IMG/VR virus record: IMGVR_UViG_3300035158_000899
DNA: 50,593 bases
Origin: a virus
Lineage: Duplodnaviria > Heunggongvirae > Uroviricota > Caudoviricetes
Strand: one strand, 5' to 3'
This document shows, piece after piece, positions 1 through 9,138 of this stretch (the first letter of the stretch is position 1; every line of letters begins with the position of its first letter). The position numbers and the translations under genes were made by a program. The notes below the pieces were generated by a model. It was not told where the DNA came from. It saw only the letters and a list, made by a program, of their open reading frames with translations, and searched no databases.

Positions 1-162
1 AGACATAGAGAAGATGGACCAGCTGTAGAATATGTAAGTGGAGATAAAGAATGGTGGATAAATGGAAAGCAATTAACAGAAGAAGAAGTAATTAAGCACA
101 TCAGAAGCTTTTCAGAAGAACAGCAAATGAAGATATGGATAAACAGTGGAGAAGTGATATGA
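1..162 (+). CDS. 3' end of phage repeat protein (HREDGPAVEY..GDKEWWING type)
   Basis: Frame 1 from window start reads RHREDGPAVEYVSGDKEWWINGKQLTEEEV...; stop TGA 160-162; 5' truncated. Confidence 0.7.
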   Translation, partial: RHREDGPAVEYVSGDKEWWINGKQLTEEEVIKHIRSFSEEQQMKIWINSGEVI

Positions 163-204
163 AAAACAGGGACTAAACATTGATTTATCCAGTAGGAGAT
201 AATA

Positions 205-411
205 ATGAAAAATTTTAATTTTGGCTGGGGTTATCCGCCCGGTGCTGAAAATGATCCGAATGCGCCGTGGAATCAAGAGGATCCGCTGTGCGAAAAATGT
301 GACGAAATAGCAGTTGAGGAATGTTGCGGGAAACAATATTGTGAAGAGTGTTTAGAAGGGCATATGAAAGAAGAACACTCGGAAGAGGAAGAAGAGGAGG
401 AGGTAGAATGA
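205..411 (+). CDS. small acidic protein with CxxC/CC motifs
   Basis: ORF track; CEKC...CCGKQYCEEC, poly-Glu tail. Confidence 0.6.
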   Translation: MKNFNFGWGYPPGAENDPNAPWNQEDPLCEKCDEIAVEECCGKQYCEECLEGHMKEEHSEEEEEEEVE

Positions 412-797
412 AATACACATTAGAATTGTCTAGAACTCAATGTCAAGTTCTTGTAAGTGCACTTGACAATTTTTCAAGACTGGGAATGGGGCAGTTTTAT
501 ACAGTGGTTAGTGAACATATTCCCCGAAATTTTCGTAGTATTAATATGCAGGAAGTAAACGATATGTGTGATAAATTGAAACTAGCAGTTCATAGTGGTT
601 TAGATACCAACGCTTATCATGGAATACATAGTGGAGAAATCAGCGATTATTACAGGGTTGCTTGGGATTTGCACCAGGTTATTAGACATCGTATTTCTTG
701 GGATGAACACCCCGAAGGTGGAATGACAGTTAATTTCGATACACCTATGAGAAGTTCAGAAAAGGAAGAATTAGCGAAAATAGAGCAAGTGAAATAA
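408..797 (+). CDS. hypothetical phage protein
   Basis: ATG 408 after GGAGG; overlaps upstream stop and downstream start. Confidence 0.7.
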   Translation: MKYTLELSRTQCQVLVSALDNFSRLGMGQFYTVVSEHIPRNFRSINMQEVNDMCDKLKLAVHSGLDTNAYHGIHSGEISDYYRVAWDLHQVIRHRISWDEHPEGGMTVNFDTPMRSSEKEELAKIEQVK

Positions 798-1032
798 TGC
801 ATTACAAGATAGGTAAAATATATAAGGGAATGGATTTCAATTTCTCCTTGTTAAGAGAGCAACATGTGCGTTAAAGAATCTTCCTGACTGCGCAAAATAC
901 AATTGCAAAGGCCTTCTTGTAGGCGTAGGAAAACTTCCAGATAATTACAACGAATTTAACCTTGACAGGAGAATAGTAGATCATGCCTTTTGTGGGTATG
1001 ATATGGAAAAACCTGTATATAAAGAAATATGA
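797..1032 (+). pseudogene. YKIG-family Cys-rich protein, frameshifted
   Basis: MHYKIGKIYKGMDF then frameshift near 840 into FLLVKRATC...CAKYNCKGLLVGVG...FCGYDMEKPVYKEI*. Confidence 0.75.
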
Positions 1033-1277
1033 AATACAAAATAGGTAAATGGTATAAGGTCAAACCAGAGTATAGGTGGCGATTTTCAGTTTGTGAAAGA
1101 CCACATTTAGTATTAAAAGTACACAACAAAGGGGATTGTTCGTGTTTTAGTGATAAGGAAGCATGTAAAACATGCGGAGGACCGATAGAGATTTTAGGTC
1201 TTAAAGGAAAATATTGCTGGTATGGAAATGACGGTGAGCCATATTGTGAGGAAATAAGTGAAATACGAAATAGGTAA
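1029..1277 (+). CDS. YKIG-family Cys-rich small protein
   Basis: MKYKIGKWY...CKTCGGPIEILG...YCWY...PYCEEI. Confidence 0.8.
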   Translation: MKYKIGKWYKVKPEYRWRFSVCERPHLVLKVHNKGDCSCFSDKEACKTCGGPIEILGLKGKYCWYGNDGEPYCEEISEIRNR

Positions 1278-1533
1278 ATGGTATAAGAGAAACCCGGAAT
1301 TATTAGCGCAAGACCCTTTCCATTCTTTTGAGCCAGAAATGTTTTTGCTGACAGGGCGGGTTAAATGCGAACATATCAAAAGAATGGAGGGTCGTTGTTC
1401 AATATGTAAAGGAGAACTTGAAGGTGTTGGTTACCGAAAACCGCCGGCATGGAAGAATAGAAAATCTTGCCCCTATACTATTGATAAAGTAGACCCAATA
1501 TATGTTCCAATAGAGGAAAACGATGTACTATAA
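1258..1533 (+). CDS. YKIG-family Cys-rich small protein
   Basis: GTG start; MKYEIGKWY...FLLTGRVKC...CSICKGELEGVG...CPY. Confidence 0.8.
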   Translation: MKYEIGKWYKRNPELLAQDPFHSFEPEMFLLTGRVKCEHIKRMEGRCSICKGELEGVGYRKPPAWKNRKSCPYTIDKVDPIYVPIEENDVL

Positions 1534-1795
1534 AATAGGCAGAGTATATACTTTTAATACTAAATTATTTGCGCCAATTATATCTGGACAAAAGTTTCTT
1601 TTAGTAGGTCGAAAACAATGTCTTATTAGTAATGAGGAAAGAGCCCTCAAATGCCCTGATAGTTGCAGAGGTAGATTAGCATATGTAGGTGATGATATGA
1701 CAACTTCAGGACACAAGAGAGATACTTTATGTGGCTATATAAGAACCTCGTTTGGTAAAATTCCGTTATATGTAGAAGTAAAGGAGTCAAAATGA
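1523..1795 (+). CDS. YKIG-family Cys-rich small protein
   Basis: MYYKIGRVY...FLLVGRKQC...CRGRL...LCGY...PLYVEV. Confidence 0.8.
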   Translation: MYYKIGRVYTFNTKLFAPIISGQKFLLVGRKQCLISNEERALKCPDSCRGRLAYVGDDMTTSGHKRDTLCGYIRTSFGKIPLYVEVKESK

Positions 1796-2127
1796 ATATT
1801 CTTATTTTAGAGGATTCAGATAAGAGAATTAATCAATTCCAGAAAAAACTAATAGGCCATTCTTGTACCTTCACAAAAACAGCACAAGAGTGTATTGCAC
1901 TGTTGAATAGTAAGAAATGGGATGTGTTGTTTCTGGATCATGATCTTGGCGGAAAAGCATTTGTAAAATCTGGAACAGGGACGGGATATGAAGTAGCGCT
2001 TTATTTGAGGACTAATTTACAGAAGTGTCCTGCTGAGGTAATTGTACATAGTGTAAATCCAGTAGGAGCTAAGAACATTTGCGATACATTAGAGAAAGCT
2101 AAACACGTACCTTTTGCGTGGGTGTAA
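1792..2127 (+). CDS. stand-alone receiver-like domain (cyclic-phosphate-processing REC type)
   Basis: ILILED...DVLFLDHDLGG...GYEVALYL...VHSVNPVG motifs typical of phage DHDLG receiver domains. Confidence 0.75.
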   Translation: MNILILEDSDKRINQFQKKLIGHSCTFTKTAQECIALLNSKKWDVLFLDHDLGGKAFVKSGTGTGYEVALYLRTNLQKCPAEVIVHSVNPVGAKNICDTLEKAKHVPFAWV

Positions 2128-2136
2128 GGAGGTATA

Positions 2137-2418
2137 ATGTCCTTCAAAATAGGCAAATGGTACAAGTTAAAAGAAAAAGAAGATTTTGTGATAGCCGATG
2201 AAGACCTTGATTATTATTTATATTTAGGGTTAAAGCCACGAATGATACTCGTTACAGGATTTAAGCATTGTAATAACAAGAAGAAGTGTGATATAAAATG
2301 TAGAGGGCTTTTGAAAACAGTAGGTTCTAATACTTTAGTTTGTGGATATACTAAGCCAAAACCTTGGTATGTAACACCCGCTTACAAGGAAGTAACAAAA
2401 GAATGCGTTACGAAATAG
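2137..2418 (+). CDS. YKIG-family Cys-rich small protein
   Basis: MSFKIGKWY...CDIKCRGLL...VCGY...YKEV. Confidence 0.8.
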   Translation: MSFKIGKWYKLKEKEDFVIADEDLDYYLYLGLKPRMILVTGFKHCNNKKKCDIKCRGLLKTVGSNTLVCGYTKPKPWYVTPAYKEVTKECVTK

Positions 2419-2711
2419 GGCAGTGGTATAAAAAGGACCCAAGATTTGACTTTTATGTTTTTGATTCTGAAGAACCCGAAGTCTTTTTATTAGTAGGAAG
2501 AAAGAAATGCTCAAGCAGGGATAAAAAAATGTATTGCGTACGATCAAGCTGTAAAGGGAAATTAGTAGGTGTTGGATTACCAGATGAACTCAGCCATTGT
2601 CCTTATAATTATGACGCAACTCCATATTACATACCAGTGGAGGAGGGAGTAAATGAACGCTCTACCAAGCAAAAAAGATCTCGAAATTCAGCAGCTAAAA
2701 GAAAAAGTTAA
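2403..2711 (+). CDS. YKIG-family Cys-rich small protein
   Basis: Start moved to MRYEIGQWY at 2403; FLLVGRKKC...CKGKLVGVG...CPY. Confidence 0.75.
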   Translation: MRYEIGQWYKKDPRFDFYVFDSEEPEVFLLVGRKKCSSRDKKMYCVRSSCKGKLVGVGLPDELSHCPYNYDATPYYIPVEEGVNERSTKQKRSRNSAAKRKS

Positions 2712-2862
2712 ACATTGGCAAGATGCATGGTATGATTTAAAAGGTGTTCTAGGCTGTGCATGTTGGAGAGAATATTATCAAGGCGTAAATGATGCTTTAG
2801 AAGGAAGAGTTTTTGATCCTGAATATGGTAAACGTTTTTATGGATTAAGGAATAACGTTTAG
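2653..2862 (+). CDS. hypothetical protein
   Basis: ORF track; GGAGG upstream. Confidence 0.6.
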   Translation: MNALPSKKDLEIQQLKEKVKHWQDAWYDLKGVLGCACWREYYQGVNDALEGRVFDPEYGKRFYGLRNNV

Positions 2863-2932
2863 TTATAACTAAACTACGATGAATAATTAAATGTTCAAAA
2901 ACCGCAATAAACTGTCAAAAAAGCTTAAAAAC

Positions 2933-3208
2933 ATGTATTATAAGACAGGTAAAATATATGTCCGCGGAAAGGAAAAAATCCTTGCAGTGGGTCGGAAAGA
3001 ATGTAGACACAAAATGTACAACACATGTCCAGGGTATTGTAAAGGTAGAATAGTATATGTAGGCACTTGTAATTATGCTAAAAGGTTTGATGATAGTACA
3101 ATATGTGGGTATCGCCCTATATTAACATCCTTAATTTACAAACCAGATTGGTTAACAGGTGATAAACGATATGTACTTCAGTTTATAGAATTAGACAATG
3201 CATTATAA
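2933..3208 (+). CDS. YKIG-family Cys-rich small protein
   Basis: MYYKTGKIY at 2933; ILAVGRKEC...CPGYCKGRI...ICGY. Confidence 0.75.
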   Translation: MYYKTGKIYVRGKEKILAVGRKECRHKMYNTCPGYCKGRIVYVGTCNYAKRFDDSTICGYRPILTSLIYKPDWLTGDKRYVLQFIELDNAL

Positions 3209-3422
3209 AGTAGGTAAGATATATGAGTGGAAAGCAACAGGAGAAAGATTTCTGTTAATAGGAAGAAAGAAATGTATTTATCGCGATTCTTACTGTTACA
3301 AAAAATGCAAAATATGCAAAGGCGAATTGATAGTTGTGGGAGATGTAATGAAAGCCCCATTAGGCGGCACAGTGTGTGGTTACCTTTTTGATGAGATACA
3401 TTATAAGGAAGTGAAAGAATAA
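3198..3422 (+). CDS. YKIG-family Cys-rich small protein
   Basis: MHYKVGKIY...FLLIGRKKC...CKICKGEL...VCGY...YKEV. Confidence 0.8.
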   Translation: MHYKVGKIYEWKATGERFLLIGRKKCIYRDSYCYKKCKICKGELIVVGDVMKAPLGGTVCGYLFDEIHYKEVKE

Positions 3423-3655
3423 TGCACTATAAAACAGGTGAGTGGTATAGACTAAGAGATGATGTTATTGGTGAAGCTAAGTTTATACTTGTGTTAGGAA
3501 GGAAAGAATGTGATTATAGGAAAAGTTTTCTTGGGTGTAGCAACAAACGCTGTAAAGGCCTTTTAGAAGTAGTAGGAAGTAGTGAACCTATTTGTGGTTA
3601 CAGTTTTGGTGCAACAACATATAAACTGGTTAAGAAACAATGCATTACGAAATAG
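3422..3655 (+). CDS. YKIG-family Cys-rich small protein
   Basis: MHYKTGEWY...GRKEC...CKGLLEVVG...ICGY. Confidence 0.8.
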   Translation: MHYKTGEWYRLRDDVIGEAKFILVLGRKECDYRKSFLGCSNKRCKGLLEVVGSSEPICGYSFGATTYKLVKKQCITK

Positions 3656-3873
3656 GTGAATGGTACGTAATAAAAGATGAATATACATCACCAAGGGCTG
3701 ATGCGCCGCCTAGATTGATACTTGTAATAGGCCGTAAACCTTGTGGTCCTTGCGACACTAAAACATGTGAAGGCCGATTAGAAGTATTAGGAGGGGATTA
3801 TTTGGTTTGTGGTTATGCTTACAGCAGGCCAATATATAAGCCATTAGAGGACAAGGAAGAAATTTGGCAATAA
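3640..3873 (+). CDS. YKIG-family Cys-rich small protein
   Basis: MHYEIGEWY...GRKPC...CEGRLEVLG...VCGY...PIYK. Confidence 0.8.
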   Translation: MHYEIGEWYVIKDEYTSPRADAPPRLILVIGRKPCGPCDTKTCEGRLEVLGGDYLVCGYAYSRPIYKPLEDKEEIWQ

Positions 3874-3893
3874 ACCTTTTTCCTTTCTCTTCA

Positions 3894-3936
3894 TTTTGTA
3901 AGGGTAGAAAAAATAAAAAATCCTATTTAGAGTTAG
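3894..3936 (+). promoter_or_regulatory. repeated intergenic motif TTTTGTWAGGGTA-N17-TATWTAGAGWTAG, copy 1
   Basis: ttttgtaagggtagaaaaaataaaaaatcctatttagagttag; near-identical copies elsewhere, each upstream of a gene start. Confidence 0.65.
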
Positions 3937-3990
3937 AGAGAAAAATCAGCCCGTAAAAAGTGGCTGAATCATAACACAAAAGGAGGAGTT

Positions 3991-4320
3991 ATGTCTTTTC
4001 AACTCAAGGAGCTGGACACCAGCAAGTTGCAGCTGGGTGTTCGAAAGTCGTTGACGCCGGACGTGCTTCGTGAAAACATTACGAAGTATGGTAAGGTAAA
4101 TTGCACGGAGAATGACGGTAAGATCCGTGTGATTGTTCGGTATCACAATCACGTGATTGCCGCGTACGAAACCCCTGGCGAACTTGACAATGAAGTTCGT
4201 GCGAAGATTTCCGCAGCAATCATAAAGCGGATTTCGGGGTGCAATGATGAGGAGGCGCAAAAGTACATCGATGCGCTTCACAATTCACAGAAGGCTGCAA
4301 GAGCAGCAAAGAAGAAATAA
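3991..4320 (+). CDS. basic protein, YHNHVIA paralogue A
   Basis: AGGAGG RBS; similar to 11816-12166 (KYGKVNxTE..GK...IVRYHNHVIA). Confidence 0.8.
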   Translation: MSFQLKELDTSKLQLGVRKSLTPDVLRENITKYGKVNCTENDGKIRVIVRYHNHVIAAYETPGELDNEVRAKISAAIIKRISGCNDEEAQKYIDALHNSQKAARAAKKK

Positions 4321-4650
4321 GCAGGTTAGGGTTAAGGCCTGTGCGGGAGGCTGGAGTAATATACTTTAGTCTCCATCCCTATTTAGAAAGGAGATATAAG
4401 ACACTATCTCAAATTGGAAAAAAAATTATAATTTGCGTATTGCATAAGGAGAGGTACCGTGAAAGATGTATTCGAGCAAGCAAAGAAAGACGAAAAACCA
4501 CTTAACGGTTGTTTTTATACATGCGGTGTATTCCGTAAAAAGAATTTTAACCGTAGAAAAGATGAAAACAAAAGCGACTCGAACATTAAATTGGGCGAAA
4601 AGTTTCCTTGGGTATAAAAAACAGGTTGTAACAGAATGGAGACCTATCAG

Positions 4651-4878
4651 GTGCTAGTGGCGGAATGGCAGACGCTAGGAGTATATGAGGGTTAACCGTA
4701 ATCGGCCTTATCTGGAACTGCCTGTTTACGGTCAGGGCTCAGGTAAGTTTTACGGTGAAAGTAATATATTCCGAATTTAAAGTTAAGTTGAACTATAAGG
4801 CAGGAGAAAGCCTGGGACGAAATAAGCTCTGGTTCGCCCCGAATCTCTGGTTGTGAGTTTCGAAACCCACCTAGCACT
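4651..4878 (+). ncRNA. tRNA-like element with ~160-nt insertion in place of the anticodon loop
   Basis: Acceptor stem GTGCTAG (4651-57)/CTAGCAC (4871-77); TG + D-arm GCGGAATGGCAGACGC; T-arm GTGAG-TTTCGAAA-CCCAC; no encoded CCA. Confidence 0.55.
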
Positions 4879-4907
4879 TAGTTCAAATTTAACAAAAGGA
4901 GGAGATT

Positions 4908-5051
4908 ATGCAGTGTCCAATTTGTGATGGTACAGGAAACATAGTTGCAATACCGAGAGATATTACAACCCTCAGAGAAGAGCAGTGCGATCACCGCGAC
5001 GGCAGAGGTGTAGTAGAACAGAATATAAATAACAAAAACATACCGGCGTAA
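4908..5051 (+). CDS. small DnaJ-type zinc-finger-like protein (degenerate)
   Basis: MQCPICDGTG...QCDHRDGRG; second CxxCxGxG has Arg for Cys; AGGAGG RBS. Confidence 0.5.
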   Translation: MQCPICDGTGNIVAIPRDITTLREEQCDHRDGRGVVEQNINNKNIPA

Positions 5052-5298
5052 GGAGAGATGGGAGGGAAGATGAGTGAAGGCAGGATGGACGAAGAAAGAG
5101 CAGAACAGAAACAAGTAGAAGCAGAAGCGTTAATGGATGCCAAGAGAGATGAAGAGCTTTTAGCCGTATACGAAAAAGGTCTATTTCAGCCTGAGGATAC
5201 ATAATGAGAGAAATGCTCGATTTTCCAGAGTACTCGGTTAAGTACTTGGAGCAGGTGAATGCGAATCAGTATACTCTAAGAAATCACAAGGAGGAAGT

Positions 5299-5502
5299 AT
5301 GAAAACTGCAATAGGAAATACTGTTGATAGAGATGTTGTAGAAGAGCTTAAGAAATCTGTATCAAAAGCACGTATCGAAAAGAAACGATACAATACGGTA
5401 GTAGGCAGATACGTCAATTGCCCGTATTGTAAACACACATACTTTGTACCAAAAGACAAGGAATACAAATACTGCCCTTATTGCACAAGTATGGTAGAAT
5501 GA
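5299..5502 (+). CDS. small zinc-ribbon protein
   Basis: CPYC x2; GGAGG RBS. Confidence 0.65.
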   Translation: MKTAIGNTVDRDVVEELKKSVSKARIEKKRYNTVVGRYVNCPYCKHTYFVPKDKEYKYCPYCTSMVE

Positions 5503-5512
5503 AAGGAGTAAT

Positions 5513-5875
5513 ATGAAGGAAGATTTCAGACGCAAAATAGCGGACGAATGCACTAGACTCAATAAGAAATATGGGTCTCCCGAGTACGGTTTTGTTTTTA
5601 TACAATATAACGAACATGGTATAGACTTTACATGGCTGACAACAAACCATGGTGGTTGGGCTCGTATCTGGATAACTAAATGGATAGATGGTTGTCAATG
5701 CCAGATAGGAAGAATGAGTTATCAATACAACAACGGAAAGCCAAAACTCTATAGTGTTAAAATGTACAAAACACATAGAGATGATGAAATAGCAAAGAAA
5801 TTAGAAACAGAGGATTGTAGTGGGAAAAGAGATCTTAATAAAATACCGAGTGATTTTCGGGAAGTTTTAGTGTAA
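5513..5875 (+). CDS. hypothetical protein
   Basis: ORF track; AAGGAG RBS. Confidence 0.65.
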   Translation: MKEDFRRKIADECTRLNKKYGSPEYGFVFIQYNEHGIDFTWLTTNHGGWARIWITKWIDGCQCQIGRMSYQYNNGKPKLYSVKMYKTHRDDEIAKKLETEDCSGKRDLNKIPSDFREVLV

Positions 5876-6256
5876 GGAGAGAAAATGAGAGCCGATGAAA
5901 AATACATAGAGTGCCCTACTGCGTGTGTTGAATGTGATAGAGTTGTGCCATTGAATAAGAGTGGTGTTTGTGAGGAGTGTTGGAACAATGGGTTGAATTC
6001 TACTTACGAAGAGTGGAAAGAAAAAGAATAATTTTCTTGGTGGATTTTCAAAAACTCTTTTGTAAAACAAAAACAAAGTTTTTGTATTCAAAAACGAAAC
6101 CAAGTTATATAAAGGGAATTTTCATTGAGCTTCGAGGGCAATGTGGACAGAGTTACTACAGCTCGTGACCAGACACTAACACATGAACAAGGATCTGGAC
6201 AAACCTTGTGGGCCGGTAGTTAATGAGAAATGTTGAGCGACCTGGACTCAATGAAT

Positions 6257-6287
6257 AAAAGAGCGCATAACGCGCTCTTTTTTTTTT
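6257..6287 (+). terminator. intrinsic terminator
   Basis: AAAAGAGCGC-ATAAC-GCGCTCTTTT plus T run. Confidence 0.8.
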
Positions 6288-6324
6288 CGGGGGAAAATAT
6301 TTTTATATTTTTACCGGAGGTAAG

Positions 6325-6610
6325 ATGTATTACAAAGTGGGTAAGTGGTACAAACAAGACTATTTAGCTAATATTCCAAGAGAATGTTTAATAATAGGTA
6401 GAGCAGTGTGCCGCAATGAACGTTGGCCAAAAAGGGCGCTTAGAGATAATGGGTTGTGATGTAACAGTTTGTCCTTATCCAGAACCAAAGTTGAGTGTTA
6501 AAGACTATAGGTTTCGTTACAAAAGATTTTTAAAGCCAATTAGAAAGCCATTTATCCTCAAACGATTAGTGAAAGCAATATGTAGCAAGTTAGCTTCAAA
6601 TCATGGATAA
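6325..6610 (+). pseudogene. YKIG-family protein, frameshifted
   Basis: MYYKVGKWY...CLIIGRAVC (frame stops at 6457-59); KGRLEIMG...VCPY continues in another frame. Confidence 0.7.
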
Positions 6611-6649
6611 TTATTTGAATAATAAATATATATATAAAAAGGAGGAATA

Positions 6650-6943
6650 ATGGTTAATTGGAAACATCGTATTAAATTGAATGATTTAAGAGACAAATAC
6701 GATGACGGTGAGATAACTGTATCTGAATGTGGAAAGAAGACTGCTGAACGTATAAAGAAGTCTTCTGCTGTTAACGATCCAGAATGGGGCGAAAGTTTCA
6801 AGCTAGTTGCTAAGGCTTTTGAGAGAATTAAGACAGAAAAAGGATTCAACAACGCGTTAGAAAGATTGTATAATTTAGGTGATACACTACTGAATGATAG
6901 GTGGTCAAGTACAAAACTTTGCTGGGTGGGGTTTGCTTTTTAA
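6650..6943 (+). CDS. hypothetical protein
   Basis: ORF track; AGGAGG RBS. Confidence 0.7.
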   Translation: MVNWKHRIKLNDLRDKYDDGEITVSECGKKTAERIKKSSAVNDPEWGESFKLVAKAFERIKTEKGFNNALERLYNLGDTLLNDRWSSTKLCWVGFAF

Positions 6944-7533
6944 TGTTATACTACTATCCTAACAGGCCCATTTTAGTTCCACCAGATCCAGATAATCCCA
7001 TGAATCCAGGATCACATTATATAACAAGCTTAGAGAATAGCGGTAAATATGTGGCTGAAGAAAAATGGAACGGGGCTAATGCGTTGATTTACACTGACAA
7101 TACATCGTCGTTTAGGGGCAGGCTTAAAAATAGTTTGAATTATACACCTACAGATGAAGTAAGAGATGAATTAGAAAGATGGCCAAAAGGGTGTATTTTG
7201 AATGTTGAGCTTGTGCATCAGAAAACAACGACAGTTAAAAATCTAATAATTGTGCATTGTGTAATGGCATGGAAAGGTAGATATTTAATAGGTAAGACAT
7301 GGGGTGATTCCAGAAGAATATTAGAAGATCAAAGATGTTATGGAAGGTATGTTAAACTTTCGAAGGTTTGCACATCAGGATTTTGGGATTTATTTCAGAG
7401 AGCAGACGGTAAGATTATTGAAGGGATTGTATTGAAAGATCCAAGAGGGAAATTAATATTTTCTACGACACCTGTAAGTGATGTGCCGTGGATGTTAAAG
7501 ATACGTAAACCAAATAAAAAGTACGCTTTTTAA
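6943..7533 (+). CDS. minimal ATP-dependent polynucleotide ligase (nucleotidyltransferase domain only)
   Basis: Motif I EEKWNG, III LNVEL, IV EGIVLK, V MLKIRKP; no C-terminal OB domain. Confidence 0.75.
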   Translation: MLYYYPNRPILVPPDPDNPMNPGSHYITSLENSGKYVAEEKWNGANALIYTDNTSSFRGRLKNSLNYTPTDEVRDELERWPKGCILNVELVHQKTTTVKNLIIVHCVMAWKGRYLIGKTWGDSRRILEDQRCYGRYVKLSKVCTSGFWDLFQRADGKIIEGIVLKDPRGKLIFSTTPVSDVPWMLKIRKPNKKYAF

Positions 7534-7545
7534 AAGGAGGGTGTT

Positions 7546-8283
7546 ATGAACCTTAAAGAAGTTGATATCAGTGATATAACTTTTGATGTCGATGAGCCTG
7601 AAAGGACAGAAAAGACAGAGTCTGAGAAGACTGAAAAGACAGAGGTTAAAACAGAAGAGACAAAGACAAAAGGAGTGAAGTCAGAGACGAAGAAAAATGC
7701 TTTTGCTGCTCTTGGTAAGAAATCAAAGGCAAAGAAGAAAGAATCAACAGTCAAGGTATCTGTAGAAACCGATGAGAAGACAAAAGAGCTGATAGATGAA
7801 TTTTGCACAAAGAAAGCGAAGATAGCTAAACTGGAGCAAGAGCAGGAAAGTGCGTCTGTAAAGATAATAGATTTCGTAAGACCAAGACATGATAAACTGG
7901 CGAGGAGTGGAGAATTTACGAAGTCTGTCATTGCCGAGGGGAATAAAAGTCGTCTGACTTTTGTAACAGCTGACAAATTCGTTGTACCACAGGATGAAGA
8001 AACACAAGAAGAACTGAGGAAATTTCTAGGAGATAGATTTGATAACTTCTTCGAGACAGACGAGACGATCAAAATCAAATCAAGTGTCGATCTCGAAAAG
8101 TTAGCAGAACAGCTTGAAAAAGCAGGAATAGATATAGCGGAAATCTTTGAGAAGGATTCTAAACTGGTAACGAAGAAAGGTCTTGACCAGAAACAATTCC
8201 AGTTGAGTGAAGAAGATCTTACTGTGTTCCGCACGCTTGTAAGACAGTACAAACCTTCGTTGAAAGCTAATGGAGGGAAATAA
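7546..8283 (+). CDS. hypothetical Lys/Glu-rich protein
   Basis: 245 aa ORF, AGGAGG RBS, low-complexity TEK-rich N-terminus. Confidence 0.75.
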   Translation: MNLKEVDISDITFDVDEPERTEKTESEKTEKTEVKTEETKTKGVKSETKKNAFAALGKKSKAKKKESTVKVSVETDEKTKELIDEFCTKKAKIAKLEQEQESASVKIIDFVRPRHDKLARSGEFTKSVIAEGNKSRLTFVTADKFVVPQDEETQEELRKFLGDRFDNFFETDETIKIKSSVDLEKLAEQLEKAGIDIAEIFEKDSKLVTKKGLDQKQFQLSEEDLTVFRTLVRQYKPSLKANGGK

Positions 8284-8651
8284 TGAAGATGAACTGGAAT
8301 AATTCATCTTGGCAAGAATTGGACGATAGAGGGCAGTTTATGCGAGATGTACAAGCAGAAAGAGACCAGGAAATGGCAGACTGTTTTTTGAGACAGTGCG
8401 AAGAGATTGACAATCAAGAGGCGTAATGATGTCATGCCCGAAGAAGTGGGGCGAAAAAGGTTTTTCTTATTTAGTAAAAAAGTATAAAGGGGATGTTAGA
8501 TGTTGACAGAGCCGTTGTGTTTTTCTTTTTTATTGTGGTACATTTTATAATAGGGAGTTCACCTTTTGAATTGTCTGTGGCGTATAATTTCCTTTTTGCT
8601 ACTTCATGTGTTTGTTACTTAAAAAAGAAAGCTATATGGAAATTAGCGAAA

Positions 8652-8879
8652 ATGCTTAAAGTAGGAAAGTGGTATAGAATAGGTATTTCGAAAGAGAGGC
8701 ATCCAGATTTTCCACAAATTACCATAATAGAGGAAATAGAAGATAGTTGCGAAAAATTACCTTGTGCATTATGCATGGGCGCAGTTAAAGTGTTAGGATG
8801 GAAATGTCCGCTTTGTATACGTAACTATGAACATGTGTTTAAAGAAATAAGGAGGGATAATGGAAGTTCAAGAATCTGA
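8652..8879 (+). CDS. YKIG-family Cys-rich small protein (divergent)
   Basis: MLKVGKWY at 8652...CALCMGAVKVLG...CPLC...FKEI. Confidence 0.65.
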   Translation: MLKVGKWYRIGISKERHPDFPQITIIEEIEDSCEKLPCALCMGAVKVLGWKCPLCIRNYEHVFKEIRRDNGSSRI

Positions 8880-9138
8880 ATTCACAGAGCTTGTAAGACT
8901 AAGTAAAGACAATGAAGAAGGTTTAACGATTTGTGGTTGTGGGGAACCTTATGATGAATGGTATCCTGGTACATCTAAGTACCTCAAAGAGCAGGAAGCA
9001 GTAACAGGTGATGATTGGTGTGAGGCTGTATACTTAACCACCAGCACAGGCGACAGAATAAAGGCCGAGGCCGACAATTTTTACTTGTTAGGAGATTGCA
9101 GCAGACATTTAATTGAATATACAGATAATAGGAGGTAA
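8860..9138 (+). CDS. hypothetical protein
   Basis: ORF track; AGGAGG RBS. Confidence 0.6.
   Translation: MEVQESEFTELVRLSKDNEEGLTICGCGEPYDEWYPGTSKYLKEQEAVTGDDWCEAVYLTTSTGDRIKAEADNFYLLGDCSRHLIEYTDNRR

Noticed and set aside
4651-4878. Functional standard tRNA or canonical tmRNA call
   Set aside because: No identifiable anticodon loop, aberrant T-loop, no G3:U70 and no convincing tag ORF; kept only as tRNA-like.
8493-8651. Hydrophobic N-terminal extension of ORF 8493-8879
   Set aside because: T-rich intergenic-like sequence; the family-consensus start MLKVGKWY at 8652 is more plausible.
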